Shown: positions 48,648 through 58,443, counted from the stretch's first letter. The stretch is 64,000 nt of DNA from Nitrospirota bacterium (GCA_046704425.1 JBJKRX010000018.1:20385-84384), one strand, 5' to 3'. The notes: generated by a model not told the origin, from the letters alone. Made by a program: numbers and translations.

Positions 48648-48695
48648 TGAGTGAAAAGGAAAACCGGCCTCCCGAACGATCGTACGGGAGGCCGG
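48648..48695 (-). terminator. Strong intercistronic hairpin between dsrB and dsrD (CCGGCCTCCCG-N9-CGGGAGGCCGG then TTTTCCTTTT)
   Basis: It has an 11-bp GC stem followed by a T-rich tract on the minus strand. It is a candidate partial terminator or mRNA-processing/stability element. Confidence 0.5.
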
Positions 48696-48708
48696 ACCCA
48701 GTCGTGTA

Positions 48709-49782
48709 TTACTCCCACTTGAAGGTGGGGGTCATCCGGAACGTGTCGCGGGCAAAGGTGAAGTCATCGATATGCTGATACGTGAACGGCAGGCCCGTGA
48801 GATTGAAGAACCGCTCCCAGCCGATCCGTTCGATCCATTCGCCGTAGCGCTCGTGCTTCCGCGCATCGCTCGCATAGACCTCCACCAGGTGCTTCACGGC
48901 CTTCACCGTTTCCGGCCACCGCGGGGGGTTGTTCGGCAGGAACGGGATGGCGAGCTTGGACATGCGCGCCGGGCCGCGGGCGTTCGACACCTTCCCGCCC
49001 ACATAGATCGAGATACCGTCGCCGGTCGCATCGGCGAGCGGAAGCGAGGGGCACATGGTGTAGCAGTTACCGCAGTACATGCAGCGCTCTTCCTTGATCT
49101 TCACGGACTTGATCGCCGGGTTCGGGCTGATGGCGCCCGTGGGGCACGAAGCGATGGTCGTGGGGATCTCGCACTGGTTGCCCAGGGTCGCATCGTTCAC
49201 CTTCGGCGGTTTGCGGTGAATGCCGAGGATGGCGATGTCGGAGCAGTGGACCGCGCCGCACATGTTCAGGCAGCACGCGAGGGCGATGCGGACGCGCGCC
49301 GGCAGGGTCTTGGTGGTGAAATACTCGTGCAGTTCGTCCATGACCGCCTTCACCACGCCCGAGGCGTCGGTTGCCGGGGTGTGGCAGTGGATCCAGCCCT
49401 GGGTATGCACGACGTTGCTGATGCCGTAGCCGATGCCGCCGGAGAGGTGGCCGCGCTTCTTGAGCTCGGCCTGCAGCGGTTCGACCTGCCCCTTGTCCGG
49501 GAAGAACTCGACGTTGTGCCGGGTCGTCCAGCGGAGATGGCCGCCGGAGAACTTCTCGGCGAGATCGCACATCTCGCGGATGTAGTCGGTGCTCACGAGC
49601 CGCGGGGTCGCCACGCGGACGGTGTACATCTCGTCGCCGGTCTCGGAGACGTGCTTCATCGCACCCTTATTGAGATACTCATGGTACTTCCACTTCCCGT
49701 AGTTCTTCGCGATCACCGGGGGCAGGAATTTTTTATAGTCAGGTGCGCCAATATCCGTTATTCTCTTCGGTTTGTCAGCCAT
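48709..49782 (-). CDS. dsrB: Dissimilatory sulfite reductase beta subunit
   Basis: The 357-aa product has sirohaem/[4Fe-4S] cysteine motifs ([26 protein letters not shown]) and a ferredoxin-like insert ([12 protein letters not shown]). Confidence 0.9.
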   Translation of the reverse strand: MADKPKRITDIGAPDYKKFLPPVIAKNYGKWKYHEYLNKGAMKHVSETGDEMYTVRVATPRLVSTDYIREMCDLAEKFSGGHLRWTTRHNVEFFPDKGQVEPLQAELKKRGHLSGGIGYGISNVVHTQGWIHCHTPATDASGVVKAVMDELHEYFTTKTLPARVRIALACCLNMCGAVHCSDIAILGIHRKPPKVNDATLGNQCEIPTTIASCPTGAISPNPAIKSVKIKEERCMYCGNCYTMCPSLPLADATGDGISIYVGGKVSNARGPARMSKLAIPFLPNNPPRWPETVKAVKHLVEVYASDARKHERYGEWIERIGWERFFNLTGLPFTYQHIDDFTFARDTFRMTPTFKWE

Positions 49783-49828
49783 TATCGGTATTCCTCCTTA
49801 AAGAAAATGGTCGTTGTCGCGCAGGACC

Positions 49829-51007
49829 TTACTTCACGTCCGCCTGATCCCAGAACACGTAGGGGTTCGTCCGCGGAGCCTTCACCATCTGCGGAACCGG
49901 CTTCAGCCCCGTTGCCTCAAGCATGGACTTCATGCCCATACGGTCGACCAACTCGCCGATACGCTCGCGGTTCTTGCCGTGGTCGTCCCACCATTCCCAG
50001 AGCTTGCGAATCAGGTCCTTCAGGTTATCGTAGGGCTCCTCAAGCTTGATGAAGGGGATGAGGACCCAGCTCATGAGCGCGCCGGTCACGATCGGGGCCT
50101 TGCCGCCGAGGAGGATCGTAGCGCCCTGATCCTTGCCGGGGCGCAGGGCCTTCGGCATCTGATTGATGCAGTGCATGCAGCGGGTGCAGTCCTTGTCGTT
50201 GACCTTGAGGGTGCCGCCGTCGTAGCTCATGCACTTCGTCGGGCACATGTTGATGATCTCTTCCTGGATGTTCATCTTGGAAGCGTAGTTCTTCACCTCT
50301 GCCTGGTCGATCCGGATGCTGTCCCGCCAGGTGCCGATGATGGACATGTCGGCGCGAGCGATGGAGGCGGTGCAGTCGTTGGCGCATCCGGAAACCTTGA
50401 TCTTGAACTTGTAGGGGAAGGCGGGGCGATGGAGTTCGTCCTGGAACTCATGGGTCATGGCGTGGCAGATGGACATGGTGTCGATGGTCGCGAACTCGCA
50501 CCGCGCCTTGCCGACGCAAGAGCTCGGGGTGCGGAGGCAGGACCCGGAACCGCCGAGGTCCCAGCCCTTCGCGGTGATTTCAGCGAAGATCGGCTCCAGT
50601 TTGTCGGTCTGCGTGCCGAGCCAGATCATGTCGCCCGTCGAACCGTGCATGTTCGTCATGCCGCTGCCGTACTTGTCCCAGATGTCGCAGAGCTCCTTGA
50701 GCGCCTGGGAGGTGTAGAAGAAACCGGAAGGCTGGTTGATACGGACGGTGTGGAAGTGGGCCACGCCGGGGAATTCTTCGGGGAGGTCGCAGTACCGGCC
50801 GATGACGCCGCCACCGTACCCGAGGACGCCGACGATGCCGCCGTGCTTCCAGTGGGTGACTTTATCCTTGTACGAGCGCTCCAGGATGCCGAGCAGGTCT
50901 TTTGCCGTATTGCTCTTGACGGCGGCCTTTTTGATCTCCTTGACAAAACTCGGCCACGCGCCTTTTTCCAGTTCATCAAGCATCGGGGTCTTACCATCTG
51001 TGCTCAT
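49829..51007 (-). CDS. dsrA: Dissimilatory sulfite reductase alpha subunit
   Basis: The 392-aa product begins MSTDGKTPMLDELEKGAWPSFVKEIKK and contains CxxxxxC...CANDC motifs. The RBS is GAAGGAGGA. Confidence 0.9.
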   Translation of the reverse strand: MSTDGKTPMLDELEKGAWPSFVKEIKKAAVKSNTAKDLLGILERSYKDKVTHWKHGGIVGVLGYGGGVIGRYCDLPEEFPGVAHFHTVRINQPSGFFYTSQALKELCDIWDKYGSGMTNMHGSTGDMIWLGTQTDKLEPIFAEITAKGWDLGGSGSCLRTPSSCVGKARCEFATIDTMSICHAMTHEFQDELHRPAFPYKFKIKVSGCANDCTASIARADMSIIGTWRDSIRIDQAEVKNYASKMNIQEEIINMCPTKCMSYDGGTLKVNDKDCTRCMHCINQMPKALRPGKDQGATILLGGKAPIVTGALMSWVLIPFIKLEEPYDNLKDLIRKLWEWWDDHGKNRERIGELVDRMGMKSMLEATGLKPVPQMVKAPRTNPYVFWDQADVK

Positions 51008-51662
51008 GAGAAAATCCTCCTTCGTAGAATTAACTTAATTCTGCACCAGGGTGGAAATGAAACGAGTACGTCGTGGTTCACCGAAGCAGCACTTGACGCT
51101 GCGGGGGCATCCGGCTGCGCCCGCGACGGCGCGAATTCGGATGCATTCAGGCTGGAGCAACAGTCCCCCTTTCCGAAAAAGGTTATCGTAAAATTGCTGA
51201 AGTGAGGCGGGAATAGGGTCCGATGATGCAGAAGGCACGAACCATTCTACTCTACGACCGTAAGACAACAGATTGTATGGGCACACCCCCTTTTAGTCAA
51301 ATAAAAAAAACTAATTATCCTATAATGTCCAATAATTAAATAGTTTAGCAATCGCAAAAAAACATGCAAATGAATACAGGGGGTTATGACTCCTTGTCTT
51401 CGCCGCTGAAGTGCTGCTTTGGCGAGGAATGAATCCCGCAGAATGCCCATAGCGACGGAAGTGCCGAGAGTCTTGTATAATCATAATATTGGATGATATG
51501 ATTGCCGTTTTTTTGCTGCAACCGCAAAAGGTATTGCGCTTGCTGCAGACCACGATGCCTTCCGAAGAGCCGCTTGAGAATGATCGATGCCCATGACAGG
51601 GATGCAGGATTCGCCCCTGCCCGCAACAGGAAAAACATCCTTACCGCTTAGGAGGAAAACCG
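51008..51662. promoter_or_regulatory. 655-bp divergent intergenic region between dsrA and the osmC-like gene; strongly AT-rich core (about 51290-51370) in a 65% GC genome
   Basis: It contains many candidate -10/-35 hexamers, for example TTGCTA...TATTTAAT on the minus strand. It implies a long dsrA leader. The track ORFs here were rejected on composition. Confidence 0.4.
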
Positions 51663-52085
51663 ATGATGATCGAGGCCAACGTGACGTTGTTAGAGAATAT
51701 GCACTTTTCCGCGACTGCATCTTCGGGCCATACATTGCACCTGGATGCCGATCCTGAGGCCGGCGGAACCGAACAGGGCTTCCGGCCCATGGAACTGCTG
51801 CTCGTGGGGTTCGGCGGATGTTCGGGTATGGACGTTTTGTCCCTCCTCCGGAAAAAACGACAAGCCGTTACCGGTCTCGAGATCGTCGTGAAAGGGGAGA
51901 AGGCGGAGGACTTCCCCAAGGTCTATAAGGCGATCCATATTGCCTATCTCATCAAGGGAAAAGGGATAACCAAAGAGGCCGTGGAACGGTCCATCGCATT
52001 GTCTCTGGACAAGTACTGCTCCGTGGGCGCGACCCTGGCAAAGGCAGCGACGATCACGCACAGCTATCGCATCGTCGAGGCATAG
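51663..52085 (+). CDS. OsmC/Ohr-family peroxiredoxin-like protein
   Basis: The 140-aa product contains MELLLVGFGGCSGMDVLSLL and DKYCSVGATL, the two conserved Cys motifs. The RBS is TAGGAGGAAAA. Confidence 0.75.
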   Translation: MMIEANVTLLENMHFSATASSGHTLHLDADPEAGGTEQGFRPMELLLVGFGGCSGMDVLSLLRKKRQAVTGLEIVVKGEKAEDFPKVYKAIHIAYLIKGKGITKEAVERSIALSLDKYCSVGATLAKAATITHSYRIVEA

Positions 52086-52117
52086 CCGGAAACCCGGCGT
52101 ACACCGTCGGCACCGCC

Positions 52118-52771
52118 TTACGCGTCCCTCAGCCTGTCCAGTTCCTTTTTCAGGACGTCGATCTGCACCTGCAGTTCGATGAGCCTGTCCGCAATCGGAT
52201 CGGGAATATGGATATGATCGAGCAGCGCCTCGTCGGGAACGCGCTCGTCTTTGATCCGCACGATCCTGCCCGGGATCCCGACCACGGTGGAATGGTCCGG
52301 CACGTCCTGCAGGACGACCGAATTCGCTCCGATCTTAACATAGTTGCCGATCCGGATGGGCCCCAGCACCTTCGCACCCGCTCCGACGACCACATGACTC
52401 CCCAGGGTCGGATGACGCTTGCCGCGCTCTTTCCCGGTCCCGCCGAGCGTCACTCCCTGGAAGAGCGTCACATGATCTCCGATCTCCGCAGTCTCGCCGA
52501 TCACCACACCCATGCCATGATCGATGAACAACCCCGATCCGATGGTCGCACCCGGATGGATCTCGATGCCGGTCAGGAAACGGGCGAGCTGCGACAGGGC
52601 GCGGGGGAAAAAAGGGATGCGTTTCTTCCACATGCCATGTGCGCACCGGTAGGCCAGAAGCGCGTGAAACCCCGCATAGGTCAGGACGACCTCGATCCTG
52701 CTCGTCGCCGCAGGGTCCATGGCCAATGCGGCGTTGAAGTCATTCTTTATCTTTCGGAATGTCTCGCACAT
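52118..52771 (-). CDS. cysE: Serine O-acetyltransferase
   Basis: The product has hexapeptide-repeat LbH and reads IHPGATIGSGLFIDHGMGVVIGETAEIGDHVTLFQGVTLGG. Confidence 0.8.
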   Translation of the reverse strand: MCETFRKIKNDFNAALAMDPAATSRIEVVLTYAGFHALLAYRCAHGMWKKRIPFFPRALSQLARFLTGIEIHPGATIGSGLFIDHGMGVVIGETAEIGDHVTLFQGVTLGGTGKERGKRHPTLGSHVVVGAGAKVLGPIRIGNYVKIGANSVVLQDVPDHSTVVGIPGRIVRIKDERVPDEALLDHIHIPDPIADRLIELQVQIDVLKKELDRLRDA

Positions 52772-52837
52772 CTTTCTGAGGGCGGGGACGTCCTGCTCCG
52801 AGGGAGTTTCCTCCTTACCCCTGCACCGATCCGGTTC

Positions 52838-53470
52838 CTACTCCCGCAGCCATCCGGGAGGCACGCCCGCTTTGCGGGCCTCCTCCGGGATCACCACCTC
52901 GATCTCGTTCCGCGCATTATCGGCCTCTTTCTGGGCAGCGGCGATCTCCGCATCCAGTTGCTCCGCCTCCAGCCGGGCGGCGGCCGGCGCATAGGCCGGC
53001 GAGCCCCATCGCGTCAGCAGCGCGGCGCGTTGTTGTTCCAGCGCGGCGCGTTTGGTCTTCGCGTTGGCCAATCGCGTTTTCGCCTCCTGCAAACGGCTCT
53101 GCCATCGGCTTCGTTCGGCCACCGCTTCCCGCTCGGACGCGTTCGGCGCCACCCCCGAGGACGGAGGCATGGAGGCGGAGGGAGGCTCGGACCCGCGCAC
53201 CGATTCCAGCTTGACCGCCCGTTCCCGGTATTGCGGCGGCACGTCCTCGGGGACATCGGTCATGTGCGCAACGCCCTGGTCGTCGGTCCATTCATAGAGA
53301 AAGACCTTCTTCTTCTCGTTCGCTGGCTTTGCCCCCTGGGTGCCGGTCATTTGAGCGGCTTCCTGTGCCGCAACGGTTTGCGTCATCAGGACCAGCACGG
53401 TGACAAGAAGAAAAAAGAGTGGCTTCCTGCTATGCCGTTTTCCCGAGGGTACAGACCGCATAGGCCGCAA
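52838..53470 (-). CDS. Secreted DUF4124-like protein with Ala/Glu-rich coiled-coil tail
   Basis: The product has a signal peptide and the motif [24 protein letters not shown], which is DUF4124-like. Confidence 0.45.
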   Translation of the reverse strand: MRPMRSVPSGKRHSRKPLFFLLVTVLVLMTQTVAAQEAAQMTGTQGAKPANEKKKVFLYEWTDDQGVAHMTDVPEDVPPQYRERAVKLESVRGSEPPSASMPPSSGVAPNASEREAVAERSRWQSRLQEAKTRLANAKTKRAALEQQRAALLTRWGSPAYAPAAARLEAEQLDAEIAAAQKEADNARNEIEVVIPEEARKAGVPPGWLRE

Positions 53471-53906
53471 TCCCTTCCCGCCTGCCCGTGAACCCCAGCC
53501 CCTCCGTGGTCGTGGCCTTGACGTTCACCGCAGCCCGGTCCGCTCCGGAGGCCGTCGCGATGTTCGCGACCATGGCCGGGATATGGGGCGCCATCCGCGG
53601 CCGTTCGGCGACGATGGTAGCGTCGATGTTGTGCACGCCCCAGCCCGCCTCGCCGATGATCCGCTTCACTTCCTGCAGCAGGACCATGCTCGAAATGCCG
53701 CGGTATTTCGGTGCGCTTTCGGGGAAATGCCGGCCGATGTCTCCCAGCCCGGCGGCGCCCAGAAGCGCATCGCAGATCGCGTGCAGCAGCACGTCGGCAT
53801 CCGAGTGTCCGAGCAGACCCGGCTCGCCCGGGATCTCCACCCCGCCGAGCACCAGTTTCCGCCCCTCCCCGAAACCATGGACGTCATACCCTATGCCGGT
53901 CCGCAT
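53430..53906 (-). CDS. ispF: 2-C-methyl-D-erythritol 2,4-cyclodiphosphate synthase
   Basis: The product begins [44 protein letters not shown]. Confidence 0.85.
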   Translation of the reverse strand: MRTGIGYDVHGFGEGRKLVLGGVEIPGEPGLLGHSDADVLLHAICDALLGAAGLGDIGRHFPESAPKYRGISSMVLLQEVKRIIGEAGWGVHNIDATIVAERPRMAPHIPAMVANIATASGADRAAVNVKATTTEGLGFTGRREGIAAYAVCTLGKTA

Positions 53907-54594
53907 TGCCCCTCCTCAGGATATCCTCCGCCAGGACCAGGTCCTCTGGCGTGGTGATCTTGATGTTCTCGGAAATCCCCCGGATGATCCGCACCGCGGT
54001 CCCGCTCCGCTCAACAAGCGCTGCGTCGTCGGTTCCCCGCCACTGCTTGAGCGCTGCCGCTGCGTAGGCCCGTTTCAGAACAGCCGCGGGAAAGGCCTGC
54101 GGCGTCTGGATCGCCCAGAGCCTGCTCCGGTCGAGCGTATGGCGAACGAACCCCGCGTCGTCCACTTCCTTGATCGTGTCCGTGAGCGGCACCCCCACGG
54201 CGACGCACTCGCCGCGGCACGCCCGGTCTGCGGCTTCCCGGATCATCTCCTCGGTCGCAAAGGGGCGCACGCCGTCGTGCACCAAAACCGCCGTAACGTC
54301 CTCGCCGACACTTTGCAGGCCGTTGGCGATCGAGTCCTGCCGCTCCGGCCCGCCCGCCACGATCGTCCGGACCTTCGTGATCCGGTAGCGCTCGACCACG
54401 TCCCGGAGGCAACGTTCCCGGTCCTCGGCGGGAAGGATGAGGATGATCTCATCCACCACCGCGGCGTGCTGGAACACCAGGAGCGTATGCGCCAGCAGCG
54501 GACGGTCGCCCAGCGACAGATACTGCTTTGCAACGGCCCCGCCCATGCGTCTCCCTGCACCGGCTGCGGGGATGAGCGCCGTCACCTTTGCCAT
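53884..54594 (-). CDS. ispD: 2-C-methyl-D-erythritol 4-phosphate cytidylyltransferase
   Basis: The product begins [18 protein letters not shown]...KQYL. The start was set inside the longer track ORF. It overlaps ispF by 23 nt. Confidence 0.85.
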   Translation of the reverse strand: MAKVTALIPAAGAGRRMGGAVAKQYLSLGDRPLLAHTLLVFQHAAVVDEIILILPAEDRERCLRDVVERYRITKVRTIVAGGPERQDSIANGLQSVGEDVTAVLVHDGVRPFATEEMIREAADRACRGECVAVGVPLTDTIKEVDDAGFVRHTLDRSRLWAIQTPQAFPAAVLKRAYAAAALKQWRGTDDAALVERSGTAVRIIRGISENIKITTPEDLVLAEDILRRGNADRHRV

Positions 54595-54637
54595 GGTGCA
54601 CCTGGCGCGGCCGGCGGTGCGACCGGTCTGCGCGGTA

Positions 54638-55546
54638 TCATCTTTTAAAATTTTTGACGAGGACCTTGAACCGTTTGGAGAGAGGAGCATCCATATCGAT
54701 CGCCACGCGCATCTCGAACTGCTCTTCCCCCTCCCCGGTCACCACGTCGAACGGAAGGATGATCTGGCGGTCCTCCATGGAGGGAGTGCCGAGATGCACC
54801 CGCATGCCGGCATCCACCGCCTGCTCGAGCGCCGCAACATCCGAACGGGCGTCGGCCATGGGGGCCTCCTCCGACGGCGGCTCCGGTACCGGCTCTGCCA
54901 CAACCGGCTCGCGCTCCGCCTTGCCGCCTCCGATGTCGCTCAAGGTGAAATTGTGGCGCTCCGGGTATTTCTGCATGTCCTGGAGCACGAGCTTCGAGAT
55001 GGCCGTAAAGGTTTTCAGGACGCCCTCGCCGGTCGTGGCGACCGCCTCGAACGCGGGGACCTGCCGCGGGTTCAGCGCCGCGTTCAGTTCGTCCACGGTC
55101 AGGATGTCGGGGAGGTCGCGCTTGTTGTATTGGATCGCCACGGGAAAATCGGCGATATCGACGCCCATATCCGAGAAGTTGTCCCGCAGGTTGGCGAGGC
55201 TCTCCTGGTTCGCGTCAAGCATGGCGCGCTGCGAATCTGCCACGAAGATGACGCCGTCAGCACCCTTGAGCACCAGTTTACGGGTTGCGTTGTAGAAGAC
55301 CTGGCCCGGGACCGTATAGAGGTGGAACCGGACGCGGTAGTTCTTGATCGTGCCGAGTTCGACGGGCAGAAAGTCGAAGAAGAGGGTGCGGTCCGTCTCG
55401 GTGGCAAGTGAGATGAGCTTGCCCCGCTGCGTGGGGGCGATGCGGTGATAGATGAGATGGATGTTCGTCGTCTTGCCGCAAAGGCCGGGGCCGTAGTAGA
55501 CGATCTTCGCGTTGATCTCGCGCGTGGTGTGATTGACAAGCGCCAT
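54638..55546 (-). CDS. MglA-family Ras-like small GTPase with about 105-aa C-terminal extension
   Basis: The product has an MglA-like N-terminus (MALVNHTTREINAKIVYYGPGLCGKTTNIHLIY) and an acidic Pro/Glu-rich linker plus an extra C-terminal domain. Its promoter reads TTGACA-16-TGTAAT. Confidence 0.65.
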   Translation of the reverse strand: MALVNHTTREINAKIVYYGPGLCGKTTNIHLIYHRIAPTQRGKLISLATETDRTLFFDFLPVELGTIKNYRVRFHLYTVPGQVFYNATRKLVLKGADGVIFVADSQRAMLDANQESLANLRDNFSDMGVDIADFPVAIQYNKRDLPDILTVDELNAALNPRQVPAFEAVATTGEGVLKTFTAISKLVLQDMQKYPERHNFTLSDIGGGKAEREPVVAEPVPEPPSEEAPMADARSDVAALEQAVDAGMRVHLGTPSMEDRQIILPFDVVTGEGEEQFEMRVAIDMDAPLSKRFKVLVKNFKR

Positions 55547-55667
55547 AAGGACTCATAATTACATAAAAAAGTAGGCCTGTCAATACAACTCTGCCGGGAC
55601 GCCTCCGCGGAGGACCTTCCCATGCGCGTCTCTCGTGCCCGCGCCGGCCGAGCGACAACGATCCGGC

Positions 55668-56513
55668 TCAGGCGTCGCGATTCCCTCCCCGGCGGCCCCC
55701 GTCCTGCCGATGGAGCAGGTCCAGGGCCTGGACATGCAGCCGATCGTGGGCGCTCGCGAGCAGCGGGACGGTGCGCTCGAGCCCGGCGGCCACGTGGTCC
55801 AGCCGTCCCCCTGCAAGGTCGGTGATCACGCCGTCCGCCTCTTCGAGGATCAGCATGCCGGCGGCGTAGTCGAAGGTGCGCGACGGTGCGGCCGTCGCGA
55901 AGACGCTGATTGCCCCCGCGGCAAGGTACGCGAGGGCCAGTGAGGTGCAGCCGAAGCAGCGTGTGCGCCGCGCCTGGACGAGCAACGGCAGGATGCGCGG
56001 CAGATCGGTGCGGGGCGACGACGCCTCGTAGGCCGCGACCGTGAACCCCTCCCGGGCAGAGGTCCGGATGGCCTTTCCGTTTTGAAAGGCCCCTTGGCCG
56101 CGCAGGGCCCAGAATTCGTCTTCCGCCGCGAGGTTCACGACGTAGCCGACCGCGAGATCCGCCAGGGTGTCGCCGGAAAGGAGCGCGAGGGACGAAGCGA
56201 AGAAGGGCACGCCGGTCTTGGCGTTGTTGCTGCCGTCTACGGGGTCCACGAGCACGATCGTCTTCCCTGCGCCGAACTTCCGGATCCCCAGTTCCTCGGA
56301 GATCAGGGTGAAGGCCTCGCCGTCCTTGTGGACCGCATCGAGCGCGGCGAGGACGACGTCCTCGGCCCATTTGTCCACCGGAAAGGTCTTGTCCCCGCCC
56401 GCTCCCCTGCCGAGCGGAACCGTGCCGTCCGCTCGACCCAGAATCTCCGGCAGGCCTGCGCGGAGCGTGACGCCGATGTTCTTGAAAACCGCGAGCCACT
56501 CTTCGTTGGTCAT
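55668..56513 (-). CDS. Inositol monophosphatase / FBPase-like family protein
   Basis: The product contains VLVDPVDGSNNAKTG and FDYAAGMLILEEADG, which are IMPase metal-binding motifs. Confidence 0.7.
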   Translation of the reverse strand: MTNEEWLAVFKNIGVTLRAGLPEILGRADGTVPLGRGAGGDKTFPVDKWAEDVVLAALDAVHKDGEAFTLISEELGIRKFGAGKTIVLVDPVDGSNNAKTGVPFFASSLALLSGDTLADLAVGYVVNLAAEDEFWALRGQGAFQNGKAIRTSAREGFTVAAYEASSPRTDLPRILPLLVQARRTRCFGCTSLALAYLAAGAISVFATAAPSRTFDYAAGMLILEEADGVITDLAGGRLDHVAAGLERTVPLLASAHDRLHVQALDLLHRQDGGRRGGNRDA

Positions 56514-56595
56514 ATCGACTCCTCTGCCATTTGCATACAAGGCCTCCTGCGCCCCGCACGCGGCGGATGCCTGTCACTCCCCGCTCCGCCGCCGT

Positions 56596-58443
56596 TCATT
56601 CGGTTGGTACGCCCGGTCCTGGGGCCTGCTGAAAGTACGCGACGATTTCGCGGGCGGTCTTCCGGCTCATCCCCGGAAGCGCTGCCAGTTCCTCCTCCGA
56701 CGCCTGCCGGATCTTCTCCACGCTGCCGAAATGACGCAGGAGCGCCTTCTTCCTCATCTCCCCGACGCCGGGCACGGCGTCGAGCACCGAGGCAACCGCC
56801 CGTTGTCCGCGCAGCTTCCGGTGGTAGGTGATCGCGAACCGATGCGCCTCGTCCCGCACTCGGGCCACCAGGTGCGTGGTCGCGCTCGTCGGGTCGAGGA
56901 CCACCGGCTCCTCCACGCCTGGGAGAAAGACACGCTCGAACTCCCGCTCGGCGCCCGTCTCCCCGCTCCGCGCCTTGGCCAGCCCGATCACGTCCGGTTC
57001 GGTCACCCCGAGGCCGGCCAGCGCGTCGAGCGCCGCATTGAGCTGCCCCTTGCCGCCGTCGATCAGGATGAGGTCGGGCAGCGTTCCTTCCTCCAGTGCC
57101 CGCGCGTATCTCCTCCCGACCACTTCGGCCATGCTCGCAAAATCGTCCTGCCCGGTTACGGTCCTGATCCGGAACCGTTTATAGTGCCGCTTGTCCGGCA
57201 GGTTGTTCGCGAAGCGGACCATGCTCGCCACGGGCTCCGTGCCCTGGATCTGCGAGATGTCGAAGGCCTCGATCGTGCGCGGCAGGTTCTTGAGTCCCAG
57301 CTCCTCCTGCAGCTCCGCGAGGACGCGTTCCTTGCTCCGCTGCGAAAGCTGGTGTTCCCGCAGCGACTGCGCCGCGTTGTCCGAAGCCATCCGGACCAGG
57401 TCGCGCTTCCTGCCGCGCTGGGGTACCTGGACCTCCACGCGCCCCTCGCGCTTCGTTGCGAGCCAGGCCTCGAACACTTCGCGGTCGGGCAGATCGCGGG
57501 GCAGCAGGACCTCGGCGGGAACGATCATCTCCTTGGCATAGAACTGGCGCAGAAAGTCGGCGAGGACCTCCTCCTCGGAGAGACCGCGCACGTCGTCGAG
57601 AAAGAAGTCCTTCCTGCCGACCATCATGCCGTTCCGGATGAACAGCACCTGGAGGTCCGCCCTGCCCGCTGCCGACGCCGTGCCGACCACGTCCTGGTTC
57701 TCGAACCCCGGGGAAACGACCTTCTGCTTCGCGAAGGCCCCTTCGATCTTCGCGATCCGGTCCCGCAGCTCGGCGGCGCGTTCGTACTCCGTCCGCGCCG
57801 ACGCCTCTTCCATGCGCCGGCGCAGCAGGACGAGCAGGTCGCGGTTCTTCCCTTCGAGAAAGAGCCGTACCTGCTGCACCATGTCGCGGTACGCTGCGTC
57901 GTCGATAGCGGCGGAACAGGGCGCCAGGCATCTGCCGATCTGGAACTGGACGCAGGGCCGCTCGGGCCGGTCCTTCCGAAACTCCTTTTTACAGGACGCG
58001 AGCGGGAAGGTGCGTCGTACGAGCGCCAGCAGCTCCCACATGCCGCCGGCCGGCACATAGGGACCGTAGTACGTTGCGCCGTCCTTCTTTAAACGCCGGA
58101 CCACTTCGAGCCGCGGATACGGGGAGGCGAGATCGAAACGGAGGTAGGGGTAGTTCTTGTCGTCCCGCAGCACGATATTGTAGCGCGGATGATGTTTCTT
58201 AATGAGGTTCGCCTCCAGGACCAGGGCCTCGAGCTCCGTATGGGTCACGATGGTCTCGAGGTCCGCCACCTGGCGCACCATGAGCTCGGTCTTCTCGCCT
58301 TTCGGCCCTTTCTGGAAATAGGAGCCCACGCGGTTGGCAAGCGACACCGCCTTCCCGATGTAGATGATATGGCCCCGCGCGTCCTTCATGACATAGACGC
58401 CCGGTTCGTCCGGCAGGGTTTGGAGTTTTTCCGCAAGGGTCAT
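56596..58443 (-). CDS. uvrC: Excinuclease ABC subunit C
   Basis: The 615-aa product has an N-terminal GIY-YIG domain (GVYVMKDARGHIIYIGKA), a UvrB-binding region, and a C-terminal RNaseH-like and HhH domain. The upstream extension of the long track ORF, which runs antisense to aspC, is discarded. Confidence 0.9.
   Translation of the reverse strand: MTLAEKLQTLPDEPGVYVMKDARGHIIYIGKAVSLANRVGSYFQKGPKGEKTELMVRQVADLETIVTHTELEALVLEANLIKKHHPRYNIVLRDDKNYPYLRFDLASPYPRLEVVRRLKKDGATYYGPYVPAGGMWELLALVRRTFPLASCKKEFRKDRPERPCVQFQIGRCLAPCSAAIDDAAYRDMVQQVRLFLEGKNRDLLVLLRRRMEEASARTEYERAAELRDRIAKIEGAFAKQKVVSPGFENQDVVGTASAAGRADLQVLFIRNGMMVGRKDFFLDDVRGLSEEEVLADFLRQFYAKEMIVPAEVLLPRDLPDREVFEAWLATKREGRVEVQVPQRGRKRDLVRMASDNAAQSLREHQLSQRSKERVLAELQEELGLKNLPRTIEAFDISQIQGTEPVASMVRFANNLPDKRHYKRFRIRTVTGQDDFASMAEVVGRRYARALEEGTLPDLILIDGGKGQLNAALDALAGLGVTEPDVIGLAKARSGETGAEREFERVFLPGVEEPVVLDPTSATTHLVARVRDEAHRFAITYHRKLRGQRAVASVLDAVPGVGEMRKKALLRHFGSVEKIRQASEEELAALPGMSRKTAREIVAYFQQAPGPGVPTE

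Noticed and set aside
51035-51735. Several 67-92-aa ORFs inside the dsrA upstream region
   Set aside because: They overlap each other in an AT-rich non-coding stretch. They lack RBSs and have implausible composition, so they were treated as regulatory DNA.
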